Shown here one piece after another: positions 10,406 through 20,459 of a stretch of DNA of 32,000 nt. The DNA comes from Candidatus Saccharimonadota bacterium (lineage in GTDB: Bacteria; Patescibacteriota; Gracilibacteria; BD1-5; UBA2023), in NCBI GenBank assembly GCA_046350815.1, contig JAXLZO010000001.1:660001-692000 (forward strand). The letters are read 5' to 3'. Made by a program: the position numbers and the translations under genes. The notes under the pieces are model-generated. The model did not search any database and was not told where the DNA came from. It was given only the letters and a program-made list of their open reading frames with translations. Position 1 is the first letter of the stretch; each line of letters starts with the position of its first letter.

Positions 10406-11176
10406 ATGCAAAAACTCACCATATTATCCTCCGTACCAGAATGAATCTTCGGAAGTATTGCGAATAATCCTGCTTTTGGATTTACTCAGGCCGAAAGCCA
10501 ATCCGCTCTCAAAGATGAAAAACAGGTATTTATCGATGCAATAGGTATTCCAGATATTGAAAAGTACGTGAAGGTAGAAGTTCTGCGTGTGATGGATGGT
10601 ATACCGAGAGATCATAGTGCTGATGCCTATATTCTTGGTGGGTCACCTGCTATGGTGACAGAGCGAGATCAGAAGGAATGGGTGGATCGATTGATACGTT
10701 TTGTCAGTGCAAAGGTAGAAGACGGAGCTCCACTCTTTGGTATATGTTTTGGGAGTCAAGTGCTTGCAAGTGCCGTGTGAGGTGAGGTTGATTGGATGAA
10801 AAAACGTGTCATCGGGAAGGGGAGTGTGATGGTTGATGGTGAGAATATGGATTCTCTCTGGTCTCATAGGCAAGCGATATTTTCACCTGGTGAAGCAAGG
10901 GTTATAGTTCCTCAGGAGCAAAATCTCATACTTCCAGATGACAGCGTACAAAGATCACCGATCCAGATGATCCAAGTTGCCAATGCTACTGGGGTACAAT
11001 TTCATCCAGAATTCACACCAGAATTCACCAGTTTTCTTGTGAAGCTTATGCGAAGTCAGCTCGAATCAGAGTGACTCAAGCCAGATGAGATCCTCGCTCG
11101 CATGGATGCTATGAATGGGAATAATCCATCCAGTCAAATGTTACAGGGATTTATCAAAAAGTACTACAATATATAA
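10406..11176 (+). CDS. class I glutamine amidotransferase-like protein (256 aa)
   Basis: Fragments 10568-10780 and 10796-11074 join in one frame. The nucleophile-elbow motif is PLFGICFGSQ and the His-Glu pair is in VQFHPEF. ATG at 10406, TAA at 11174-11176. Confidence 0.8.
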
Positions 11177-11199
11177 AAGAGTCCATGTGGACTCTTTTA
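11175..11199 (+). terminator. rho-independent terminator after the amidotransferase gene
   Basis: Stem AGAGTCC / GGACTCT (11178-11184 / 11189-11195) with loop ATGT, followed by TTTT. Confidence 0.65.
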
Positions 11200-11249
11200 T
11201 ATATCAAGATATTCTCATATTTTCTCGCATTCTTCATGATTTTCGTATA

Positions 11250-13565
11250 ATGAGATCAAGAAGTAACTCCGGAATGTCCGATCATCATCAAGACTCACAC
11301 GATCACGACGCGCATCATGATGATGCAAATGAGTCCTCATCTGGCTTGGGGAGTATTTTTGTAGAAGAAAAATTACCTGAACCGATTGTGATAGAAGCAA
11401 TTATGCAAGATCTAAAAGAGAGAGAAGATGCGAACGAACCAATTGATATGAATGAGCTTCAAAAGCATCCATCGACTCGATATGCGAGAGTTATGGATGA
11501 GCTCGCATCATCACAGGCGCAGGATTTGGCTCTGGGTCGTGAAGAGTGAGTTGTTCCAATCATCCCAACAAAACTTCATGTCTACAATGATGGTAGAGAG
11601 ATACTGTCTGATCAGGTAGATTCGGATGAAAATATACAGCTTTCTCGAGAGTATCTTGAGAGTTCAGAGTGATTTCTCGTGGATGCACGAACAACCCTTC
11701 CACATACACGAGAGACCATGGATATGTTCGTGCCTTCTCGATCGATCGGTCGAAAAATTCTTCAATCATTGAAAATACCGATCGTAAAAGTAGTCCGACA
11801 AAAATCATTATGGTGATCATATTTTCATCGATTTCTCCTGCTTCTTCTGATTATACATCTTATTGGTGCTTGATTATTTATACTTGGATCATGGTCGATA
11901 TTGTCTCTACGTGACGCAAATACCTACCAACAGAGATCACAATATTCAATTATTGCAAAGTACAGTTTTGGTATTGCTCATCTTTTTCTTGCGCCAGTGG
12001 GACATGCACTCGAATGAATACCACCCACAGAAAGCATAGGGAAAAATTTCACAGCTCTTTTAAGAATTACTCACAACAGTTGAATACTCCTTCGAGAGTG
12101 ATCGCTCTTGGAAGGTGAATATCTTAGTAATTCCTCATCACAGGATCGTGAAGGATGAATCATGAGTATGCTCGTACAAACCTGATGATTGCAAACGGAT
12201 ATCGTTAAAACTTTTGATGGATGATCGGTGCATCTGCACAAGATGATAGAGAAAGCTCATAGTATCAGTGCTGACATGGATATTCTTAAGTGAAATATCG
12301 CTTTTGTAGATGCTACAAAATTACTGACTCTCAAGAGAATGGTTCGTTATTTTGCTGAGGGAGGGGAATATTATCTCTTGCATAAGGATGAAATACTCAC
12401 AGCTATGGGTCGCAATAAGCCGATGAGATATCTCATACTCAATCAAAACCGTGATGAAATCAGAGCAAGTGGGGGGTTCCCATGAAGTGTGATTTTTCTT
12501 GAGATGAATCGATGAGCTATCACAAAACTTGAATCTCGGGATATCTATTTCTATGATTGGAAACTTTATCCATATCAGGTCGAGCCACCTCCATGAATTC
12601 GTGAACTCACTACCAATTATGGACTGCGCGATGCAAACTACTCTCCAGTATTTGCAAAGAACTTTTCAGTGATAAATCAATTTCATGAGCGTGCTGGTTA
12701 TGAATCACTCGATGGTATCGTTGCTATTAATCAAGGAATTATTGAGGAAATTATCGATCACCTTGGTGGTGTGAATTTTCCTGAGATGCAGACGACAATT
12801 ACAAAAGAAAATTTTTCACTCTATATATCGAGTATCGTTGAGGCTCAGATTGGACGAAAAGACTCGGCAAAGGATATACTTTTTGCCTTTCAAAAACATT
12901 TTCTTGATGCTCTTAGATCATCCCCTCATGCGTATTTGGATATCATTGATGAGACACTCAGTGCTATCGATCGTGGTGAAATTCTCGCGGTATGGTGAGA
13001 CGACTCACTCTCTGATTTGAACGCAGCCTTTGAAGGAAATGCTCGAGCAATGAAAGATGGCTCGAACTGGATCTATCCAGTCTATACATCACTCTCAGGC
13101 AACAAATCCGATCGTTATATTCATCGATCTATCCGAATGACATCGAGTTTTGCAGAAAATTGTAATGCATCGAATGAAGTCGCCCTCACTCTCACTCACA
13201 CTCTTGATGATCGGGGTGCAAAAGCAATAGGAGTACTTCAGCAATCACTCGGTCTTACAGGATCTCTCTTGGATGAAAAAGTGCGAATTCAAGGAAGTGG
13301 ATCGAATATTGTGTACACACGCATTCTCGTACCAAAATGATCCAGTTTTACTCAACTTCCACAAGGTGCTACGAGGTTAAATGTAGAGAGTGATACTCCA
13401 TTTGCCGATGCAATTGCTTTCAAAATAGAGACATCACGCTGAAAATCACAAATAGTAAAGTTCGCCTATAAGACCCCATCACTCAAGAGTTGTGATGTAA
13501 CACCGATGATGATACGCCAACCATGACTCAAATCGGTCGAATTTATTTCTTGATTCAAAGACTAA
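11250..13565 (+). CDS. DUF4012 domain-containing membrane-anchored protein (771 aa)
   Basis: Fragments 11115-11549, 12669-12998 and 13017-13340 join in frame 0 across many TGA. It has an N-terminal His/Asp-rich region and one TM segment (FLLLLLIIHLIGAGLFILGSW). The motif YLILNQNRDEIRASGGFPG is typical of DUF4012 as I recall it. The start could instead be ATG 11274. Confidence 0.72.
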
Positions 13566-14029
13566 TGTTTACACTCTTTCCTCTCGATACACTTGACTCC
13601 CTTAAACTTGATCAAAGTATTCTCTCTGATATTGCTCGCATGGCAGATGAGGTGAGCGAATATGCGATGCGATGAATCGTACAACTTGGATTGGTGGATG
13701 ACGATACGATGTCAGCCTTCAATGAACAATATCGTGGAAAATCAGGAACGACAGATGTGCTTTCGTTTCATTACTTCAATGATTTTTCTGGTATTCGAGA
13801 TGATGAGATTGCTGGAGAAGTTGTCATGTCCCTTACGCGCATATCTGAGCAAGCAGTGGAGATATGACATAGCAAAGAAGCAGAGTTTTATCGACTTCTT
13901 ATCCACTCACTTTTGCATCTTGTTGGATATGATCATGAAGATGACACGGATTATCTTGTTATGTTGCCAAAAGAGCGTACAATTATCAGCTTCCTCAATG
14001 AGAAGTACCAACTTTCTATTACGATATAA
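13565..14029 (+). CDS. ybeY: rRNA maturation endoribonuclease YbeY
   Basis: Its ATG overlaps the upstream stop (TAATG). The zinc motif HSLLHLVGYDHEDD is present, plus TDVLSFHY. There are two in-frame TGA. Stop is TAA 14027-14029. Confidence 0.88.
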
Positions 14030-14034
14030 CCGTT

Positions 14035-14811
14035 ATGAAATGACGAAACAAGGATGAAATCCTTATTAAAACTCCCGAAGAGATTGAATGAATTCGAAAA
14101 TCATCAAAGCTCGCTGCTTCAGTGCTTGATTTTATTGTTCCATACGTTGTTCCAGGCGTTACAACCATGGAGCTTGATAATATGATGAATGTTTACATTC
14201 AGCAAAATGGTGGAGTATCCGCATGTATAGGCTATCATGGCTATCCGCGCTACACATGTATATCTGTCAATGATGTAGTATGTCATGGGATCCCGAGTGA
14301 AAAACAGGTTCTCAAGGATGGTGATATTGTGAATATTGATGTCACAACCATCGTTGATGGATATTTTGGTGATACTTCTCGTATGTATTTGCTCGGGAAT
14401 GTTTCGCGTGAAGCAAAGAAGCTTGTTGAGGTAACAAAAGCTTGTCTTGATATTGGTATCGAACAAATTCGTCCAGGAAATCACTTTGGTAATATCGGCT
14501 ATGAGATTGCACTCTATGCTGAGCGACTTGGATACTCGGTTGTTCGAGATTTCACAGGGCATGGCACTGGAGTATATTTCCATGAAGCCCCAATGGTATT
14601 TCATAAAGCCCCAAAAAACAGTGGAGAATTGATGGAAGAGTGAATGATATTTACGGTCGAACCAATGATTAATATTGGAACTTATCACACCAAGATCGAT
14701 CAAAAAGATGGATGGACAGCTCGAACGAAGGACGGAAAATGGTCGGCTCAGTATGAGCATACGATTCTTGTGACGAGTGATGGGTATGAGGTATTGACAG
14801 TTAATCCCTAA
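14035..14811 (+). CDS. map: type I methionine aminopeptidase
   Basis: Track ORF 14122-14643 extends both ways across TGA. Motifs: [41 protein letters not shown] and QYEHTILVT. Stop is TAA 14809-14811. Confidence 0.95.
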
Positions 14812-14813
14812 AG

Positions 14814-14840
14814 AAAAACCACCGCATGCGGTGGTTTTTT
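14814..14840. terminator. rho-independent terminator after map (also faces the convergent 93-aa ORF)
   Basis: A-run, then CCACCG-CATG-CGGTGG stem-loop, then T6. Confidence 0.75.
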
Positions 14841-14849
14841 GCCGCATTT

Positions 14850-15131
14850 TTAGCGGCTATTGTTTGAATCATGGATCAGATATATTTGCCGAACATGACG
14901 CACTTTTTTCTGAAGAAACTTCGGTAGCGCCGAAGGTTTTTCTTTTCCTTGCAAGACCATCTGGCTTCGGTAACTCTCGACTTCCTGACGATCTCGCTCA
15001 ATGAGACCATGGAAACGAGGATGCTTTTCAAAAAAGCTTTTTACTTCATGAGAAGTTGGTACTTCCTTTTTTCGAAGTAGTTTCCTTAATACAACGCGGA
15101 CAGATGCAAGAGCTATTGTCACCCATTTCAT
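14850..15131 (-). CDS. hypothetical basic protein (93 aa)
   Basis: Intact track ORF with TAA stop 14850-14852. The ATG is preceded by AAAGGGGTGAACT, a possible Shine-Dalgarno. No family recognised. Confidence 0.5.
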   Translation of the reverse strand: MKWVTIALASVRVVLRKLLRKKEVPTSHEVKSFFEKHPRFHGLIERDRQEVESYRSQMVLQGKEKPSALPKFLQKKVRHVRQIYLIHDSNNSR

Positions 15132-15269
15132 AGTTCACCCCTTTGTCTTTTTTATTCCCTTCATTTGAGGGAGTTTGTTTTATGGAGGGAATATACCCTC
15201 CGTTGACCTTGACATTCTATGAGAAAATGAAAAATTGCAAATAACTATTGATCAACACAGTTTGGAATC

Positions 15270-17363
15270 TTATGGGCAAGGTTCAAGATGTGTTTGACCA
15301 TCTACTCCATTATTGCGAAATAATCCGGAAATTACAGGACAACTGATACTAATCGCACTAATATCTGGTATAGAATTATAACGAAAAGCACCATTCACCC
15401 ATGATTCTCATCACCATTCTTCTCTATCTCAATCTGAAGTTTGGTAGGATTGGAAAGAAATATTATCAGGAATCACAATAGATGTAAGACTATTATGACT
15501 GAAAGCGTCAGTTTCAACTATAACGTTATTCGTCTCTGGAAATGTCACAGATGTGAGTCCCTTGCCTTCAAAGGATCATCGAGAAATTCTTGTGACAGTA
15601 ACATTGTCAATAGATTCCGGTATAGTAACAACCGATCAACAAGCTGAATTATAAGACAATATCATTCCATTTATATTAATAGAGAAACAAGGTCACCTTG
15701 CTTGTATCGACCATTCCGATTCAGTTCCATTAAAATATATTGTTACTTGTTTATTCTCATTTTCTTGCAGAAGAGCGGCTACTCTATATTCCACCTGATC
15801 GTCATTGTGAGTGATCTGACCACTGGTAACCCATGAACCTCCGTTAATACGCAACTCTCCGCCAACAACAGCAATATCTACAGGAGTAGAGATATGACTC
15901 GCTGTTACCACATTTGAAATAATATCCGTACCAAGAGGAGCGTTGGTCACGCTATATGGCGGTGAAAGTGATGGTGGAATAACAAGAGGTGGTGGAAGTA
16001 TAATCCCTAACTCATGCTGTGACCCGACATAAAAATCAGTTGAACTCGTTGATCCTGTACAACCATAGGGAGTAACATCGAGAAAGCTTGACTGTGGAGT
16101 ACAAGCTATACTCGCATATGGAGTCTCAAATGCTATATTCGATGGCATATTAGTACTGCCAGCAAGAATAGTAACGGGAGATTGATAGTTGCTATCTAGA
16201 ATGAATGTATCAATCACATATCCATCCACCGTATCATCTATGAGTGACCCAGGAGTAATCGTCGTAATAGTCACTCCATAAGTTGCATAGAGAGATATAG
16301 TAAGAGGCCCTATATATCCATAGTAGGTATTCCCCATAATACTATACTCTCCCATAGTAAGTATATGACTTACCGGTCATCCTCCTCCACCTCCAGAATC
16401 ACCACCCCCAGAACCTGATCCACTCCCCGTACCACTATTCATCCCCAAGAGTGCCTTCTCATCAAAGCTTCCATCCTTCAGAGAAAGAAGAGATCAAGTA
16501 GAGATATCCATGGATACATATTCATCAGCTCACTGTGATCCTACCATGATATCAAGCGTACTTGCATCACTCAAAGAGATATCTCTACTTCCTGTACCAC
16601 TCACTCCATTCTGAAGAGGTTGCTTACTTCCCTTGGAGAGAAAGATTCAAAGTCTATCTCCTGCAGAGTAGGGATATCTCGAAGAGAGATCAGTAGTACT
16701 GCTATCGAGAGCATAAGCAGTATCCAAGGTATAAGCTTGAGAGAAGAGAGAAGGAAGATTGGAAGGGAGAGCAGAAGTCAGAGATTGCGAAGCAATCTCT
16801 TGTATCCTTCATCTCCCTGCAATCTCAATACTCCTCTCAAATCTTGGATTCTCAAGGTATGCCATGAACTGAGCTTGGTCGTAGTGTTGATTGACTCGAT
16901 AGGTATAGGGTATATTGTCTTTTGGATCAAAGATCTTATCTGATCCATATCCAAGAGGATTTACCAGAGCAAGACTCATGAATCATTGGTATCCGATGAA
17001 TGATCCACTCACACTAAGAGAGACACTATCTGCTATAGGTGTAGGAAGCTTTCGAAGCTGTGCACTGGTAATTCTCGCACTCTCTGACAATGTCTTAATA
17101 TCACTAATTCTCTTTCCATCTCTTGCTACTGATGACTGATGACTCATCACGACAAACCCTATCACGGATAGTATAGAGAGTATGGTAATAACTACTATGA
17201 GTTCTGTGAGAGTGAAACCACTCTTATTTCAAAAACCCCTCTTCTTTCAAGAAATTCTCTCCTCTCAAGACTCCCTCTCCTCTCAAGACTCCCTCTCCTC
17301 TCAAGAATTCTTCTTCTCTCAAAAGACTCTTTTGAGAAATTGAAACGATGACAGATATCACAT
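15270..17363 (-). CDS. type IV pilin-like (prepilin N-terminal cleavage/methylation motif) protein with C-terminal BspA-type leucine-rich repeats (697 aa)
   Basis: Fragments 15693-16355 and 16983-17165 plus untracked pieces form one frame with 20 in-frame TGA. The class III signal is KSG/FTLTELIVVITILSILSVIGF (about 17222-17150). A Gly/Ser linker lies at 16380-16440. The LRR pattern VTIPESIDNVTVTRISRGSFEGKGLTSVTFPETNNVIVETDAFSHNSLTSIVIP lies within 15270-15690. The only in-frame ATG upstream is at 17363, so the start is uncertain. Stop is TAA 15270-15272. Confidence 0.72.
17241..17330 (-). repeat. 18-bp tandem repeat, about 5 units (2 perfect), inside the annotated 5' end of the pilin-like gene
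   Basis: Plus-strand units are CTCCTCTCAAGACTCCCT at 17259-17276 and 17277-17294, with degenerate units on both sides. Each unit carries one TGA on the coding strand and encodes G-E-E-R-E-S under code 25. Confidence 0.85.
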
Positions 17364-17418
17364 AATATTGAAAACAGATTACTCAGAGTATTCCAACATA
17401 CTTTCATCAGAAAGACAA

Positions 17419-17445
17419 AAAATATCACAGATAAAGTGATATTTT
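17419..17445. promoter_or_regulatory. 10-bp-arm palindrome in the divergent pilin / ABC-F intergenic region (candidate operator)
   Basis: AAAATATCAC-agataaa-GTGATATTTT lies 56-82 nt upstream of the pilin ATG at 17363. Confidence 0.3.
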
Positions 17446-17540
17446 GGGTGGACAGATATGTTATTTTAGTTTTAGAAAAACTTGTATTCGATTTTCTCTG
17501 TGTACAATAGATCCTTGTTGTTTATCAATGTTGATCTGCC

Positions 17541-19244
17541 ATGAAACATATTCACCTCCAGATAGAGAGATTTGAGCGAGATGACCGAGTGATTCTACGA
17601 GATACGGACATCACAATTTCGGAGTGAGATCGTCTTGGTCTCATCGGTCCGAATGGAGCTGGAAAATCTACTTTTCTCGGTCTTTTGACTGGTCAAATCC
17701 CCCTTGTTCATGGCAATCGAGAGAGCTTTTCTGGGCTTGAATTCGCAACACTTGAGCAGATCGTATTTGATGATGAGTGAGTGTTGGTTCGAGACGAGCT
17801 CGAAAAAGCATTTTCTGGACTTAAAAACCTTGAGCAAGAGATTGATCATGCTCATCAGAAAATGGTTGAGGGGGATGATGATGGATCGATATATTCGCAT
17901 CTTATAGAGCGATATTCGCTTCTTGGATGATATAGTTATCATGCGGATGTTGATAGAGTTGCTCGATGAATTGGGATATTTGATCTCCTCTCACGCCCTC
18001 TTCTTGAAATTTCAGGGTGAGAACGTACCAAGGTGGCACTTGCGAAAATTCTCCTATCCAAGCCTGAGTTTCTCCTCCTCGATGAGCCAACGAATTTTAT
18101 CGACATTGATGCTCTTCTTTGGCTCGAAGAATATCTATCAAATGAATGGAAGGGTGGATTTCTTATTATTTCTCATGATCGTACTTTTCTGGATGTGACG
18201 ACGACTGAGACTCTGGTTATCAATGAATATTCACAGGTGGTGCGCTATCATGGAAATTATACCCAAGCAAAACAAGAGAGAGATAAGCAGTATGGTCTTG
18301 ATCTCAAGAAATATGAAGAACAGACAGAATTTTTGAAATCTGAAAAAGATCTTATCAATCGATTTCGAGCTGGATCACGCGCATGATTTGCAAAATCCCG
18401 CGAGAAGATGCTCGAACGTGTCGAAGTGCTTGATCGACCACAGAGGGCAGAATGAGCACAGTTTGTCTTTACTATGAGCGAAATTACTGGGAATAAGCTT
18501 ATTGAACTAGAAGATGCTTTTATCGGTCGCAAGGATCCACTCTTTTTTATTCGCCAAGCGATCCTCACAAGAGGTGAACATATTGGGATTGTTGGCGAGA
18601 ATGGAGTAGGGAAGTCTACACTTATTCGCACAATCCTCGGGGAGATTCCTGTACTTGATGGTATTGTGAAGGTAAATCCATCGGCACAGATAGCATATTT
18701 TAGTCAGATGCACGAAGAGCTCACTTCATGATTGAATGTATATGAGCTCTTCGAGAAGCATGGACTTGCAACATCCCATTCACAACTTGCAGGTCTTCTC
18801 GGTGGATATGGGATAGGATATAACGATCTCTCCAAGCCTCTCAAGGAATTTAGTGGTTGAGAGAGAGCAAAGATTTCATTTGCACTCCTTGGTCATCATC
18901 CGAGTTCGCTCCTCATTCTCGATGAGCCAACAAACCATCTTGATATACTCTCTCGAGAGAGTCTTGAACAGGCGCTCTGAAAATATGAATGATCGATTCT
19001 CTTCATCTCCCACGATCGATATTTTGCGAATGCTATCGCTGAGAAGCTCTGGATTATTGAGGATGGAGATTTAGTTATTTCGTATGGAAATTATGATGAT
19101 TATCTCTACAAAAAAGAACATGGACTCTCCTATGATATGAGCCTCGTCAATATTGATAAGGAGGCTGAAGCAATGCTCATCGATGAGTTAGGAGAGAGAG
19201 AGGTGGAGAGACTCAAGAAGAAGTTTGGAAATAGGAAGAAATAG
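17541..19244 (+). CDS. ABC-F family ATP-binding cassette protein (567 aa)
   Basis: Fragments 18033-18386 and 18474-18731 join in frame 0. There are two Walker A motifs (GPNGAGKST, GENGVGKST), two signature motifs (ISGGE with a UGA-encoded Gly at 18018, and FSGGE), two Walker B motifs (LLLDEPTN, LILDEPTN) and no TM domain. Stop is TAG 19242-19244. Confidence 0.92.
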
Positions 19245-19257
19245 CCTGAGAATGTGA

Positions 19258-19848
19258 CTAGAAAAATCCTTCTCTTTGATATTTTTCAATAAATAGCTTC
19301 CTTTCCTCATCAGACATTCTCTCAAATTCTCTGATGCCCTCGTCCAATCCATCGAGAATTTTGATGAGTTCCCAGTAGCTTCTGAGGAATTCAAGTTGAT
19401 TTTTTGGGTCGATTTTTTCAAGAAGTTGAGAGATAACAATACTTTGATGCTCTGCAATCTCTTTGAGAGAATAGTGACGTCCTGTGGTGGATGATAAAGA
19501 TGTATGCACTGATATTAGTCAAGTTTTGTTATATACATCACTGATAAGATCAGTGACAGTTTGTGCAATTGTTCGTCGAATATTTGGAGTATTAATCTGT
19601 TGCGTTCTTTTCGTATAATCAAGAATACGATCAAATCCTGTAGCTTTTTCTTTATCAAGATTGATAAAAGTATGTTTCCCCTGGTAGAATCAATTGTTGT
19701 GATGGAATAGAAGAGTATCTTCTTCTTGTATATTGATGAGATACTTACTCACTTGTTTTATCTGATTTTGTATATTTTTGAGATGTTCATCTGAAAATGG
19801 TACCGCATGATTAGTTCATACATAGAGAGGATAGAAAGAGTTGTACAT
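19258..19848 (-). CDS. hypothetical protein (196 aa)
   Basis: Track ORF 19258-19509 extends upstream across TGA (19519, 19690, 19816) to ATG 19848. That ATG lies 26 nt after the stop of the upstream ORF. Stop is TAG. No family recognised. Confidence 0.5.
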
Positions 19849-19874
19849 ATATTCGTAAAAGAGAAATAAAATTT

Positions 19875-20255
19875 TTAGAGATCATCATCCGAGCACCATT
19901 GATGATATGGTGTTGTCCTTAGAATGAAGTCAATTTTTGTTCTTGCTTCGTCGATAAGAGCCCATATTTCTCCATTTGCTTCGTAGGTTCTGAGAGCTTC
20001 AAACTGCTTATTAGTTTCGTCTGTTAGGAGTCTCAGGAGGGTGATAGTGAGAATTTTTTTGAATGCCTCTCATCGAAATGTATTCCCTTGAGCTATTGAG
20101 CTTTGCATTCTTTCTCTTGTGAGCGTCACTATATCGAGCTCTGATCTTGTTTCATGAGTATCTCTTACTGAGATGGAAGAGAGGGGATCAATCAATCCAA
20201 AGGCAATATTTGCATTGCACTGTGTGCGAAGTGAAAGGTTGTATGTTTCGTTCAT
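19875..20255 (-). CDS. hypothetical protein (126 aa)
   Basis: Track ORF 20070-20255 continues across TGA 20070 to TAA 19875-19877 (GEAFKKILTITLLRLLTDETNKQFEALRTYEANGEIWALIDEARTKIDF...). No family recognised. Confidence 0.5.
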
Positions 20256-20269
20256 AGAAAGTTTTTTGA

Positions 20270-20318
20270 GTAAATAAAATCCGCGAGTTCACCTGATCTC
20301 AGGGTACGTCTCGCGGAT
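20270..20318 (-). terminator. strong interrupted hairpin plus U-tract (terminator or attenuator) just upstream of the 126-aa ORF
   Basis: The minus-strand RNA has AUCCGCGAG ... CUCGCGGAU (9-bp stem) with an inner CCUG-AGAU-CAGG stem-loop, followed by UUUAUUU. It ends about 15 nt before the ATG at 20255. Confidence 0.5.
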
Positions 20319-20459
20319 AAGCAATTTGATTTTTTGTTTTCTATAAATATGCCTTCCACGACGGAGGCATCCACATTGGGACAAGTGTGAAATAAGAAAA
20401 GAAAATCATATATTGTATATTGCTGTAATGTTCTTTATTTTTTGAGGAAAGTCAAATTT

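Noticed and set aside
14119-14847. 242-aa track ORF on the minus strand
   Set aside because: It is antisense to the well-supported methionine aminopeptidase gene. It has a low-complexity composition and no recognisable motif. It is a typical shadow ORF in AT-rich DNA.
17195-17428. 77-aa track ORF translating the 18-bp repeat as LERRGS
   Set aside because: It overlaps the prepilin N-terminus in another frame and ends inside it. The pilin frame carries a recognisable class III signal. It is kept only as an alternative reading mentioned in the repeat finding.
20279-20318. SRP (4.5S) RNA, suggested by the CCUGAGAUCAGG element
   Set aside because: The conserved domain IV features are absent: the GNRA tetraloop and the GGAAG/AGCA-type symmetric and asymmetric loops. 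The hairpin plus U-tract is better explained as a terminator or attenuator.
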